Positions 29,888 to 38,412 of a DNA stretch of 64,000 nucleotides are shown piece after piece (the stretch's first letter is position 1; each line of letters starts with the position of its first letter). Below the pieces are notes generated by a model. The model did no database searches. It had not been told where the DNA came from and saw nothing but the letters and a program-made list of their open reading frames with translations. Location of the stretch: assembly GCA_023133655.1 (NCBI GenBank), contig JAGLWB010000328.1:7681-71680 (forward strand). Reading direction: 5' to 3'. The position numbers and the translations under genes were made by a program. This DNA comes from Bacteroidales bacterium (lineage in GTDB: Bacteria; Bacteroidota; Bacteroidia; Bacteroidales; JAGONC01).

Positions 29888-32287
29888 TTAAATATTCAGG
29901 GTATACTGGATCAAAATAGTTCTCATTTCTTCAGCTTTCAAAGGCCTTAATGAGTAGGTTCGATTCAGAAAGTTATTGCCGATGATTGCTATTTTATGCC
30001 TATCGTTGAATTTATAACTGATTCTTCCGTCCATTATCACATTCCCGTTATTATGGTTGTAAAAATAATCCATATACAATATTGGTTGCAGCGATCCCCC
30101 TGATTGTATTGTCGCTTTTTCAAAATCTTCAATGGCTTTGTCGAGGTTTTCTATTTTACTATAGTATTTAATGCTAAAACCGAACGCCCAATTTTTTATG
30201 TTATACTCGATGTCTCCTTTTAATGTGTGTAGAAATCTGTATTTCAGGATATTGTTACTTGGATCGATGCTTGTTGAGCGGTAACTAAATTCAGTATTCC
30301 CACCCGGGTTGTAGTCATGGGCAAAGACATAATCCGGTTCAAGTGTTTTAGGTAAAATATAGTTGTATCCCAAAATGATCCTTAATTTTCCATGTTTACC
30401 TGCCTTTGCCATACCGGTATGAGAAATATCAATCCCGGTTATTTTTGATTTCCCGGTATTAAGGAATTTAAATCCGGCAATAGCAAAAGTATAATTTGGA
30501 TCCCAGAACCCAAATAAATACTCAATGGTGTTTTTATATTCCTGGGAAAAGAAAGCAATATCAATATAACCAAAATATTTACCAAACTTCAGTCCTTGTT
30601 TAATACCTATTTCAGCATTCCAGCTTGATTCGGGTAGAAGGTAGGGGTTCTCAAAAACAGCAATGGCTCCCATGCTTAACCTTATATATCTTTCGGCAAT
30701 TGTAGGAAACCTGTAACCTTGCCCATAAGAAGCCCTAAGGTTGGTTTCCTGAAGAAGCTTAATTGTAGCTCCAATTCTGAATATAGATTTTGTATCTTTC
30801 AATGTGTCATTTAATTGGAAATATTCCAACCTTGCGCCATAGGATAAATTGATCAGCTGGAATAATTTATGGTTTAACTCGGTGTAGGCCGAGAAGTTAA
30901 AAAGTGTATTGTGTGGTGAGCCTGAACCACCGTACATTTTTGCATCTGAAGAGGTATATTGTGAAATCAACCCTCCAATAAATTCAAGGTTATTTAAGAA
31001 AGCATATTCTCTTCTGAACTGATAGTCGCCGATAATCATTGTTTGCCGGTTCGACTGGTTATTACTCATGTCATTATCAAGATAGAAAATCCTTGCTTTT
31101 AAGCTATGTTTGATCCCGGTTTGTGTATAGTAATTAAAAAAAGGATCAATGTAGAAAGTGGTTATATTCTGTAGGATAGCTGCCCCGGGATAAGCGCGGT
31201 AAAACCCTGCTGTGTCATCAAGCCAGACAAGGGCCATGTTTGTGTTATTATGCAATAAATTTCCATTCACTCCATAATTCAGTCCCTGAATACTTTTTGA
31301 ACGATACCTGAGGTTAAAGTTAAATCGGTATCGTTGTTTTCTCATCTGTTTATCGCTGAAATTACTGACAGTATCAATAACCATAGGGCCTGGTTTTGGC
31401 GCACCCTGGTATCCGTGGTCGAGGTTTAGATTTGCTCCAACAACTAGATCAAGGTTGCCTATCATTCGGGAGTGGAGCAAGTAAGTGCCGGCAATATAAG
31501 GGAAATCGTTCCACCATTTGGCTTCTTTATTTTGCGGAGAAGAATAAAAACCGGAATAAGTAGTTACCCTGGTTACCGGTTTAAGCCCAGGGTATTTGGT
31601 TCGGATATAGATAGCACCACTTAACGCCGAAGCACCTGATAAAACGGAAGTAGCGCCTTTGATAACTTCAATTTGGTCAATATTTTCTATAGGTATCAAA
31701 TCCCATATTGGCCTTCCTGCATCGCCGGAAAGTAAAGGCATTTCATCAACAAAAACAGCTACTTTACTTCCAACACCAAAGGTAAATCCGCTTCCTCCAC
31801 GTATCTGGGCTTCCCCATCGAGGATATTTAACCCGGGGGTTTGATCTAAGGCTGTTTCAATATTACGTGTGTTTTTGCTTTCGATGAGGTCTGCTTTAAT
31901 TATTTCCACTGAAACAGAGATCTCTTCATAATTTTTTTCAAATTTCCCTACCTTAATTTCAATTTCCTTTAGTTCACTTACGTAAGGAGTCAGTGTAATG
32001 TTTTTTTCAATGGTTTGACCTGATTTTATCAAGACTGTTACAGTATCGGATTTCATTCCGGTATAGTGAATAACAAATGCATGTGATCCGGGATAAACAC
32101 TGATAGAAAAGAATCCATTTAAGTCAGCAGCAGAGCCAATTGTCGGGTCGGATTTGAGTATGATTGATGCACCTATCAACGGCTCACCGGTGTCGTCAGT
32201 AACGCGGCCCCTGAAAAAACCAGTATCCTGTGAAAACACCTTTGCTTGAAAGGTTAAAAAGAAAAGTATGATGAAAAAACGCATCAT
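29888..32287 (-). CDS. TonB-dependent outer-membrane receptor with N-terminal carboxypeptidase-regulatory-like domain
   Basis: 799 aa. Signal peptide, CarboxypepD_reg-like FRGRVTDDTGEPLIGASI.., plug (..IEVIKGATSVLSGASALSGAIYIRTK..), a long beta-barrel and a C-terminal aromatic-rich last strand. Confidence 0.85.
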   Translation of the reverse strand: MMRFFIILFFLTFQAKVFSQDTGFFRGRVTDDTGEPLIGASIILKSDPTIGSAADLNGFFSISVYPGSHAFVIHYTGMKSDTVTVLIKSGQTIEKNITLTPYVSELKEIEIKVGKFEKNYEEISVSVEIIKADLIESKNTRNIETALDQTPGLNILDGEAQIRGGSGFTFGVGSKVAVFVDEMPLLSGDAGRPIWDLIPIENIDQIEVIKGATSVLSGASALSGAIYIRTKYPGLKPVTRVTTYSGFYSSPQNKEAKWWNDFPYIAGTYLLHSRMIGNLDLVVGANLNLDHGYQGAPKPGPMVIDTVSNFSDKQMRKQRYRFNFNLRYRSKSIQGLNYGVNGNLLHNNTNMALVWLDDTAGFYRAYPGAAILQNITTFYIDPFFNYYTQTGIKHSLKARIFYLDNDMSNNQSNRQTMIIGDYQFRREYAFLNNLEFIGGLISQYTSSDAKMYGGSGSPHNTLFNFSAYTELNHKLFQLINLSYGARLEYFQLNDTLKDTKSIFRIGATIKLLQETNLRASYGQGYRFPTIAERYIRLSMGAIAVFENPYLLPESSWNAEIGIKQGLKFGKYFGYIDIAFFSQEYKNTIEYLFGFWDPNYTFAIAGFKFLNTGKSKITGIDISHTGMAKAGKHGKLRIILGYNYILPKTLEPDYVFAHDYNPGGNTEFSYRSTSIDPSNNILKYRFLHTLKGDIEYNIKNWAFGFSIKYYSKIENLDKAIEDFEKATIQSGGSLQPILYMDYFYNHNNGNVIMDGRISYKFNDRHKIAIIGNNFLNRTYSLRPLKAEEMRTILIQYTLNI

Positions 32288-33231
32288 TGAATAAGAATCT
32301 TCCGGGAGATAATTCCTTTTTCACTGATAATGGATCCGATATAAATACCTTCCGGAAAGTTAGTATCAATTTTCATTAAATCACCTGATATTTTTTGCTG
32401 AAAGATAATCTTTCCGTTTAAGTTGGTTAGTTGAAAGAGGCTGCTTCCGTCAAATTCCTGATGAAGTGATTTGAAATAGAATGCATCATTATAAAAATAA
32501 AAGGCTGCAGTTTCTCCCGGTATTTTATCGATTGCCCCGGGGTTATAAATGAGTTCAAGATCATCGAACAGCGCTATACTGCCCTCAACGGCTTCAAGAC
32601 CATCCCCTGAATTAAAAACAATTAGAATAAACTCGGGAGTCTCCTCACTAATATACTCAAAGGGGATTGAAAAACGAGCCCATGTGTCAACCGTTTCAGA
32701 TAGGGAATTATATTCGGCATCAGCAATCCAGTTACTTTGTGTGTTTCTGGGAGGCAATGATCCTTCATTCACATGCAGAATGGCTCTGATTCTGCACCGA
32801 TCATTTTCTACTGGGAAAAATTTATACCATCCGGCCAGGCTATCAGGCCGTGCTGTAAGTTGTGTATGCCACCGTTCATCATTAATATCTGTATAAACAT
32901 AACCACTGTCGGGATTAAACTCAGCATGGACCCTGCCATTGGTCATTGTGCCTGTTGCAACAATAGAAAATACAGCCATATTTTTCAGCAGGACTGAATA
33001 ATTTCCGTTATGGGCATCTGTGCTAAGCTCCCAAACAACCGGGGCTGCCGGATTTGTTAGATCGTTATCGGACGTTTTAATTGAACTCCAGTCGACCGGC
33101 TCATCTGAAACGGTTCCTGCGTCTTCCCAATCTTCAAAACCGGGATTTTCAATAATTTGTTGGGAAAATGAAGCAATGGTAAATCCCAGAAAGGTTATGA
33201 AAATTAGTGTTTTCATATGCCAGTCATTCAT
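32284..33231 (-). CDS. Secreted protein with PCMD-like N-terminal domain and T9SS C-terminal sorting domain
   Basis: N-terminal NPGFEDWEDAG..PVDWSS pattern (PCMD-like jelly-roll). C-terminal ~75 aa look like a T9SS CTD (..FQLTNLNGKIIFQQKI...PEGIYIGSIISEKGIISRKILIQ). The stop overlaps the receptor ATG (ATGA). The ORF-track TTG start (33252) overlaps sppA, so I report the ATG at 33231; the ATG at 33216 (MKTLIF..) is equally possible. Confidence 0.6.
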   Translation of the reverse strand: MNDWHMKTLIFITFLGFTIASFSQQIIENPGFEDWEDAGTVSDEPVDWSSIKTSDNDLTNPAAPVVWELSTDAHNGNYSVLLKNMAVFSIVATGTMTNGRVHAEFNPDSGYVYTDINDERWHTQLTARPDSLAGWYKFFPVENDRCRIRAILHVNEGSLPPRNTQSNWIADAEYNSLSETVDTWARFSIPFEYISEETPEFILIVFNSGDGLEAVEGSIALFDDLELIYNPGAIDKIPGETAAFYFYNDAFYFKSLHQEFDGSSLFQLTNLNGKIIFQQKISGDLMKIDTNFPEGIYIGSIISEKGIISRKILIQ

Positions 33232-33232
33232 C

Positions 33233-35011
33233 TCAATTGATACTGATCTCAAATGGCAATCTTGCCTGAACGCCTTTCATTTCTGAGACATCTTTAATGT
33301 AGTGGTAGTATTTGTAATTTACTCCCAATTCTTTTTCAATCATTGATTGTGCACCTTTACCCATCAGTTCATCCATGATTTGTTGGAAAGGATCTTTTTG
33401 TTTGGGTAATGAAAGAATTTTGTACTCTTCCACTTCTGCCATTTCTGCTGCCAGAATGATGGCATCATCTAACCCGCCAAAGTCATCAATAAGGCCTATT
33501 TCTTTAGCGTCTGTTCCACTCCATACCCTTCCCTGTGCTATTTCATCTACTTCTTCCACAGTCATATTTCTGGCTTCTGAAACATATTTAAGGAACTTTT
33601 GATAAACACTTTCCACGAAGGTTTGCATGACTATCGCTTCATACCCGGTCATTTTTCGGTTTATAGATGGGAAACCGGCATTTTCATTGGTAGCAGCGTT
33701 ATCGAAGGTAATCCCCAGTTTATCGTTATAGAATCCTTGAAGATTAGGCAGAAAACCAAACACGCCGATAGATCCGGTAATTGTATTCTCATCAGCAATA
33801 ATTTTATCCGCATGGCAGGAGATCCAATAGCCTCCGGAAGCAGCCACATTTCCATAGGATGCAACAACCGGTTTTTCTTTTTTGGCAAGAATAAGCTCGC
33901 GAAGGATGATATCGGATGCCAGTGCATCGCCGCCGGGGCTATTGACTCTAAGGACAATTGCCCTGATATTCGTATCGAGGCGGGCCTGGCGGATAGCTTT
34001 TGAAAGCCGATCAGCACCAATGGTGTAATCATCACCTTCTCCCATCCCAATGCTTCCAAGGGCATAAACGACGGCTATCTTGTTACGGGTATATTTTCTC
34101 TTTCCTTTGTCTACTTTTGCAGCTATGTATTTGGTTAATTTGATAAAAGGAATTTTTTCTTTTTCTTCCAATTCAAGACGATTCCTGAGTTCAGCAAGAA
34201 TCTCATCTTTGTATAATAATCCATCGATCAGTTTTTTTTCTTTAGCATTTTCATTCAGTTTAAACACAGAAAGCTTATCAGCAATCTCATTTAATTCTTT
34301 TTCGGAGATATTTCTGCTTTCAGAGATTCCTGCAACAACATGATCCCAAAGAGAGAAAATAAGCTTAGTCATTTGCTTCCTGTTGGCTTCACTCATTTTG
34401 TCAAGAAAGAATGGTTCTAAAGCACTTTTAAATTTATTGTTTTCAGGACGTATAATTTGAGGTTCAATGTTTAATTTATCGAGCGTCCCTTTCAGGAACA
34501 TAAGCTCCGCATTAAGTCCTTTGAAAATCATTATTCCCATTGGATTCATGTACACATTATCTGCGACAGATGCCAGGTAGTAGGATGCTTGGGTATAATA
34601 GTCAGCATAAGAGATTATCCATTTTTCTGATTCTTTAAAATCTAATAGTTCCTTTCGGATTTCATCAATCGTGGCAAAACCAGCCTGCAGGTTACTTAGA
34701 TCAAGATAGATTCCCTTGATGTGGTCATCTTCTTTGGCTTTTTTAATATTCTTCAGGATATCATCCAATCCCGGATTTTTTTCCATTGAGAATTTAGTAA
34801 AATTTGTAAAATCAGGTGTAACCGGGGCCCTGTCGCGGATTGGCTTGTCAAATGCCATGTGTAATATGGCATTTTTTGGAACAATAACTATTTCTTTTTT
34901 ACCCATCGATAGGGCAGCGGCAAACATTGCCATTAAAAGAAAAAACAAAACGATGATGGTCAGGCAAAAGCCTAACATCGATGCAAACATAAATTTAAAA
35001 AATTGTTTCAT
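33233..35011 (-). CDS. sppA: Signal peptide peptidase SppA, 67K type (tandem S49 domains)
   Basis: 592 aa. N-terminal TM helix, two ClpP/crotonase-like S49 halves, ..NSPGGDALASD.. and ..YGNVAASGGYWISCHADKI.. blocks. Confidence 0.9.
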   Translation of the reverse strand: MKQFFKFMFASMLGFCLTIIVLFFLLMAMFAAALSMGKKEIVIVPKNAILHMAFDKPIRDRAPVTPDFTNFTKFSMEKNPGLDDILKNIKKAKEDDHIKGIYLDLSNLQAGFATIDEIRKELLDFKESEKWIISYADYYTQASYYLASVADNVYMNPMGIMIFKGLNAELMFLKGTLDKLNIEPQIIRPENNKFKSALEPFFLDKMSEANRKQMTKLIFSLWDHVVAGISESRNISEKELNEIADKLSVFKLNENAKEKKLIDGLLYKDEILAELRNRLELEEKEKIPFIKLTKYIAAKVDKGKRKYTRNKIAVVYALGSIGMGEGDDYTIGADRLSKAIRQARLDTNIRAIVLRVNSPGGDALASDIILRELILAKKEKPVVASYGNVAASGGYWISCHADKIIADENTITGSIGVFGFLPNLQGFYNDKLGITFDNAATNENAGFPSINRKMTGYEAIVMQTFVESVYQKFLKYVSEARNMTVEEVDEIAQGRVWSGTDAKEIGLIDDFGGLDDAIILAAEMAEVEEYKILSLPKQKDPFQQIMDELMGKGAQSMIEKELGVNYKYYHYIKDVSEMKGVQARLPFEISIN

Positions 35012-35076
35012 GGCGTATAATTTTTAATTAGGGCGTTAATTTAATAAAAATTTCCGAGAAGTATCCAATCATGTTG

Positions 35077-35084
35077 TAATTTTG
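35077..35084 (+). promoter_or_regulatory. Candidate Bacteroidota -7 promoter box (TAATTTTG = TAnnTTTG) upstream of folK
   Basis: Exact consensus match 23 nt upstream of the folK ATG at 35107, which implies a very short leader. Confidence 0.35.
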
Positions 35085-35106
35085 TCGCTAATATGAAACG
35101 TTGACT

Positions 35107-35598
35107 ATGAGTATTGCATATTTACTATTAGGAGGAAATGTTGGTAACAGGGAGTTAATGCTGCAAGAATCTGTTAATCTTGTGGCTGAAAAAGTTGGGG
35201 ATATAGTTGCCCGATCAGCATTATATGAAACGGAACCATGGGGGTTTGAAGATGAGAACTTGTTTTTAAATCAGGCATTAAAGGTTGAAACCGACATGTC
35301 ACCTTCTTCTCTGCTTAATACTTTATTGCTGATTGAGCAATCATTGGGACGTACAAGGCCAGTTAAAAAGTTTTCATCCCGAACCATTGATATTGATATT
35401 CTCTTTTTTGATAATTTGCTTGTCAGCTTGGCAAACCTGATAATTCCTCATCCTTTTTTGCATGAACGGAGGTTCGTGTTAGCTCCCCTGGCAGAAATTG
35501 CCGGGGATCTAATTCATCCAACCTTTAATACCACCATTGGTGAGTTACTGAAACAATGCTCTGATAAATTATCTGTCAAAATTTTCAGGGAAGTATAA
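35107..35598 (+). CDS. folK: 2-amino-4-hydroxy-6-hydroxymethyldihydropteridine diphosphokinase (HPPK)
   Basis: Pattern ..AYLLLGGNVGNR.., ..YETEPWG.., ..RTIDIDILFFD.., ..IPHP....R.FVL.PL.EI. The ORF-track start (35101) is a TTG. The ATG at 35107 gives MSIAYLLLGGN, the usual HPPK N-terminus. Confidence 0.9.
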   Translation: MSIAYLLLGGNVGNRELMLQESVNLVAEKVGDIVARSALYETEPWGFEDENLFLNQALKVETDMSPSSLLNTLLLIEQSLGRTRPVKKFSSRTIDIDILFFDNLLVSLANLIIPHPFLHERRFVLAPLAEIAGDLIHPTFNTTIGELLKQCSDKLSVKIFREV

Positions 35599-35632
35599 GA
35601 AATGATTGGAATTTTATAAATGTTAGTTAGAT

Positions 35633-36265
35633 ATGGATTATAATTTCATAAGCATAGAAGGAAATATTGGCGTTGGCAAGACTTCTTTGGCAACTCGTAT
35701 TGCAGACCAATACAACGCAAAACTAATCCTTGAGCAGTTTGAAGATAATCCTTTTCTGCCTAAATTTTATAAAGACCCTGATAAATATGCTTTCCCACTT
35801 GAGCTCTCATTTCTGGCATCAAGGTATCAGCAACTAAAAGATGAGCTTCCTTCCCAGGATTTGTTCAGAACATTTACTATTTCTGATTATTTTATCAATA
35901 AGTCATTCATATTTGCCAGTAGGACGATTAAGGAAGATGAACTAACATTATATACAAGGTTATTTGATATCATCAACACCAATCTTCCAAGTCCGGATCT
36001 TCTTGTTTATTTGTATGTAGATATTGAGCGGTTGATCAGCAATATCAAACTTAGGGGACGATCGTATGAACAGGAAATAAAAAATTCGTATCTTGAGAGT
36101 ATTCAGGATAGTTATTTTGAATACTTAAGGCAACAGCAGGAAATGCGGATCTTGATCATTGACGTCAATAACATGGATTTTGTTAACAATGAGGCCAATT
36201 ATAAGCGGTTAGTTACTGCTATTTTTCAACCTTATGATTTCGGAATTAACAGAGTGATTTTGTAG
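35633..36265 (+). CDS. Deoxynucleoside kinase (dAK/dGK/dCK family)
   Basis: 210 aa. P-loop IEGNIGVGKTSL, ..ER.. and DRSI-like blocks (..FTISDYF..), and the LID-region arginines RGRSYEQ. Confidence 0.85.
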   Translation: MDYNFISIEGNIGVGKTSLATRIADQYNAKLILEQFEDNPFLPKFYKDPDKYAFPLELSFLASRYQQLKDELPSQDLFRTFTISDYFINKSFIFASRTIKEDELTLYTRLFDIINTNLPSPDLLVYLYVDIERLISNIKLRGRSYEQEIKNSYLESIQDSYFEYLRQQQEMRILIIDVNNMDFVNNEANYKRLVTAIFQPYDFGINRVIL

Positions 36266-36282
36266 AATTGGCTTGAACGGGC

Positions 36283-36318
36283 AAAAAAAAAGCTTCCTGG
36301 ATCCAGGAAGCTTTTTTT
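36283..36318. terminator. Bidirectional intrinsic terminator between convergent genes
   Basis: A9-AGCTTCCTG-GATC-CAGGAAGCT-T6: a perfect 9-bp GC-containing stem flanked by an A-run and a T-run. Sits between the dNK stop (36265) and the stop of the minus-strand gene (36333). Confidence 0.75.
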
Positions 36319-36332
36319 CTTGTAAATCTATT

Positions 36333-38060
36333 TTATTTCACCAGATTCTGGAATTCCTCTTCATTGAAATAATTGATGAATTCCCTATCTTCGGCAATGT
36401 GTGTTTTATATTTTTCTTTGACTTCGATTGTTTTAGCAAGGTTGTCATAAACCATCCTGGCATTATCAGTGCGTGCACCAATAATGGCTTTCAGATAATT
36501 AACTTTTGCATTTTCTTCAGCACAATCCAGGTCTGTTTTTGCTCCGTTTGTATTTCCTGTAAGCATTTTGGCGAGTGCCACATTATAGTTACATTTTTTA
36601 CTTCCAAACAGATTCAGGGCTTTGTCGTAATCTCCGTTGATAATACTAACTATCCCAAGGTTATATCCTACGGGTGCGCCAAGTTTTTTTGCATCATTGT
36701 AAAATCCGGCAGCCTTGTCATAATCTTTTTCCTTTGAAGCAAGTGCACCAAGGTTATTAACAACCATTGGGTTATTGGATGAGAGCTCATCGGCTTTAGC
36801 AAGGAGAGTGGCTGCATCTTCAAGTTCCCAATTAGTTAAATGAATCCACGCTGCATTGTTATAGCCTTTCCAGTCGTTAGGATAAAGGGTCATATAAGAT
36901 TTATAGATCTTCAGCTTGGTATCCAGGTCTTCTGTAAGAGTTCCTGCATAAAGAAGTTCTTTATCGTTAAGTTCTTCCGGATTTGTAACTGCCAGGCGGG
37001 CAATCTCTTCTGCAGTACGTTTTGGCTCGAAGCAGTTAACTTTCAGAACAGCCCTTCTGAGAGGGGGGAGAATATCATCAGCAATTTCTTTGTAAACCAC
37101 CGTCATATTCCTGATTTCTTCTTCTCTTTTGGTTACGTCGGGTTGTGAATGAACTACATTCAAAATAGCATTTTTATCTTCAATGTCAGATTTTTCAATC
37201 AGGTTCATAAACCCGTCCCAGTCCTCTCCATGGGCCTTAGTGTTGAATTTAACTTCTGTTTCTGAATCAAGAAGTTTTGTCATGTATTTTTGACCTGTCT
37301 CAGCTCTATTTTCCGACAAGCCCTCATTGAATGCTTCTTCACCATCAGGTGATGCCCAAGCATTGACATCAATATCTCTTATTTCCCAACCCTGAGCTAT
37401 AAAAGCTTTAAATTCCTCAAGTACCTCTTTATTTTGTTCATCTTTATTGAGAGGCAGTCTCCAATTCAGGTTATACTTATTTATAAGAAAGAAGATCTTT
37501 GCTTGCTTTGAAATGATGGTTTCAAGCTCATAATATCCGGAAACATCCATGTTTAGCATCTCAGCAGTTTCTCTATCTGCATTGAATATGTTTTCGTCAT
37601 GATAAACATTTTGAGAGGTATTGATAACGCCATCTGCCAGTTTAATCGGTTCTAAGAGAGTAGGATTTTTACCTTTTTTAAGAAAGGTTGTATTTGTCCA
37701 TAATTCACTTGCCTCCATGCCGGGTTCAAAATCAAAGACATCTGAATAATTAACTTTCCCACCGGTTTGAGCATAGATCACTTCTCCTTCGCCAACGGCT
37801 TTTTCTCCAAGAAGTGTAATTTTTTTAAGTTCTTTTTGGCCATCTTTGTACTTAATTATTGGTTGATACTCAATGACATCTTTTTTATTGAATGATTTCT
37901 CAGGTACGGTTGCTGTAATATTAACACTCACCTTACCGCCGTGATTTTCCAGTACCGGGGGGGTAACTGCGTAATCATCCGGCATTTTTGTAGTAACACA
38001 ACTGCTGACAAACATAGCAGCAGCAACGAAAGCAAAAAGCTTAAGTAGATTTTTTTTCAT
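36333..38060 (-). CDS. Envelope lipoprotein with degenerate OmpA-like segment and C-terminal TPR repeats (paralog A)
   Basis: 575 aa. Lipoprotein-type signal (..AAAMFVSSC). Central ..DVNAWASPDGEEAFNEGLSENRAETGQKYM.. resembles the OmpA_C core (GhTD..G....N..LS..RA). C-terminal TPR-like helices. Paralogous to 38413-39759. Confidence 0.55.
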   Translation of the reverse strand: MKKNLLKLFAFVAAAMFVSSCVTTKMPDDYAVTPPVLENHGGKVSVNITATVPEKSFNKKDVIEYQPIIKYKDGQKELKKITLLGEKAVGEGEVIYAQTGGKVNYSDVFDFEPGMEASELWTNTTFLKKGKNPTLLEPIKLADGVINTSQNVYHDENIFNADRETAEMLNMDVSGYYELETIISKQAKIFFLINKYNLNWRLPLNKDEQNKEVLEEFKAFIAQGWEIRDIDVNAWASPDGEEAFNEGLSENRAETGQKYMTKLLDSETEVKFNTKAHGEDWDGFMNLIEKSDIEDKNAILNVVHSQPDVTKREEEIRNMTVVYKEIADDILPPLRRAVLKVNCFEPKRTAEEIARLAVTNPEELNDKELLYAGTLTEDLDTKLKIYKSYMTLYPNDWKGYNNAAWIHLTNWELEDAATLLAKADELSSNNPMVVNNLGALASKEKDYDKAAGFYNDAKKLGAPVGYNLGIVSIINGDYDKALNLFGSKKCNYNVALAKMLTGNTNGAKTDLDCAEENAKVNYLKAIIGARTDNARMVYDNLAKTIEVKEKYKTHIAEDREFINYFNEEEFQNLVK

Positions 38061-38196
38061 AATGTATAGTTTAATGTTTTTACTAGAGATTTATCTGCAT
38101 GATCAATTTCAATACAAATATATAAAATAACCCTGTTAATTAGCAAATTTAAGTTCATTTTTTATAATTTAGCGTTTATGGATGTACGAAAGATGC

Positions 38197-38278
38197 AGGA
38201 ACAAAAGAGAAAAAGATAAGGAGAAAAGCGAGAAGCGAGAAGAGAGAAGCGAGAAGAGAGAAGAGAAAAGCGAAAGGG
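38197..38278. repeat. Strand-asymmetric polypurine tract with imperfect 14-nt tandem repeat
   Basis: 82 nt on the plus strand with only 6 pyrimidines by my count. AGAAGCGAGAAGAG occurs twice in tandem (38231-38258), followed by a degenerate third copy. Intergenic between two minus-strand paralogs. Confidence 0.8.
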
Positions 38279-38412
38279 TTACGTATCTTTACAATGCTTT
38301 AAGCTATAACGATGCTTTTATTGTTTCTAAGACTGCAGTTGAAAAATATAGTTCTCATCCAGAATTTAGTGGAGAAATTAATTTCCTCAGGAAGATAATG
38401 AAGGAGTGTAGA

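Noticed and set aside
36273-36737. 154-aa plus-strand ORF immediately after the dNK gene.
   Set aside because: It starts inside the bidirectional terminator and runs antisense to the TPR lipoprotein gene 36333-38060. Its translation is Phe/Ile/Cys-rich nonsense.
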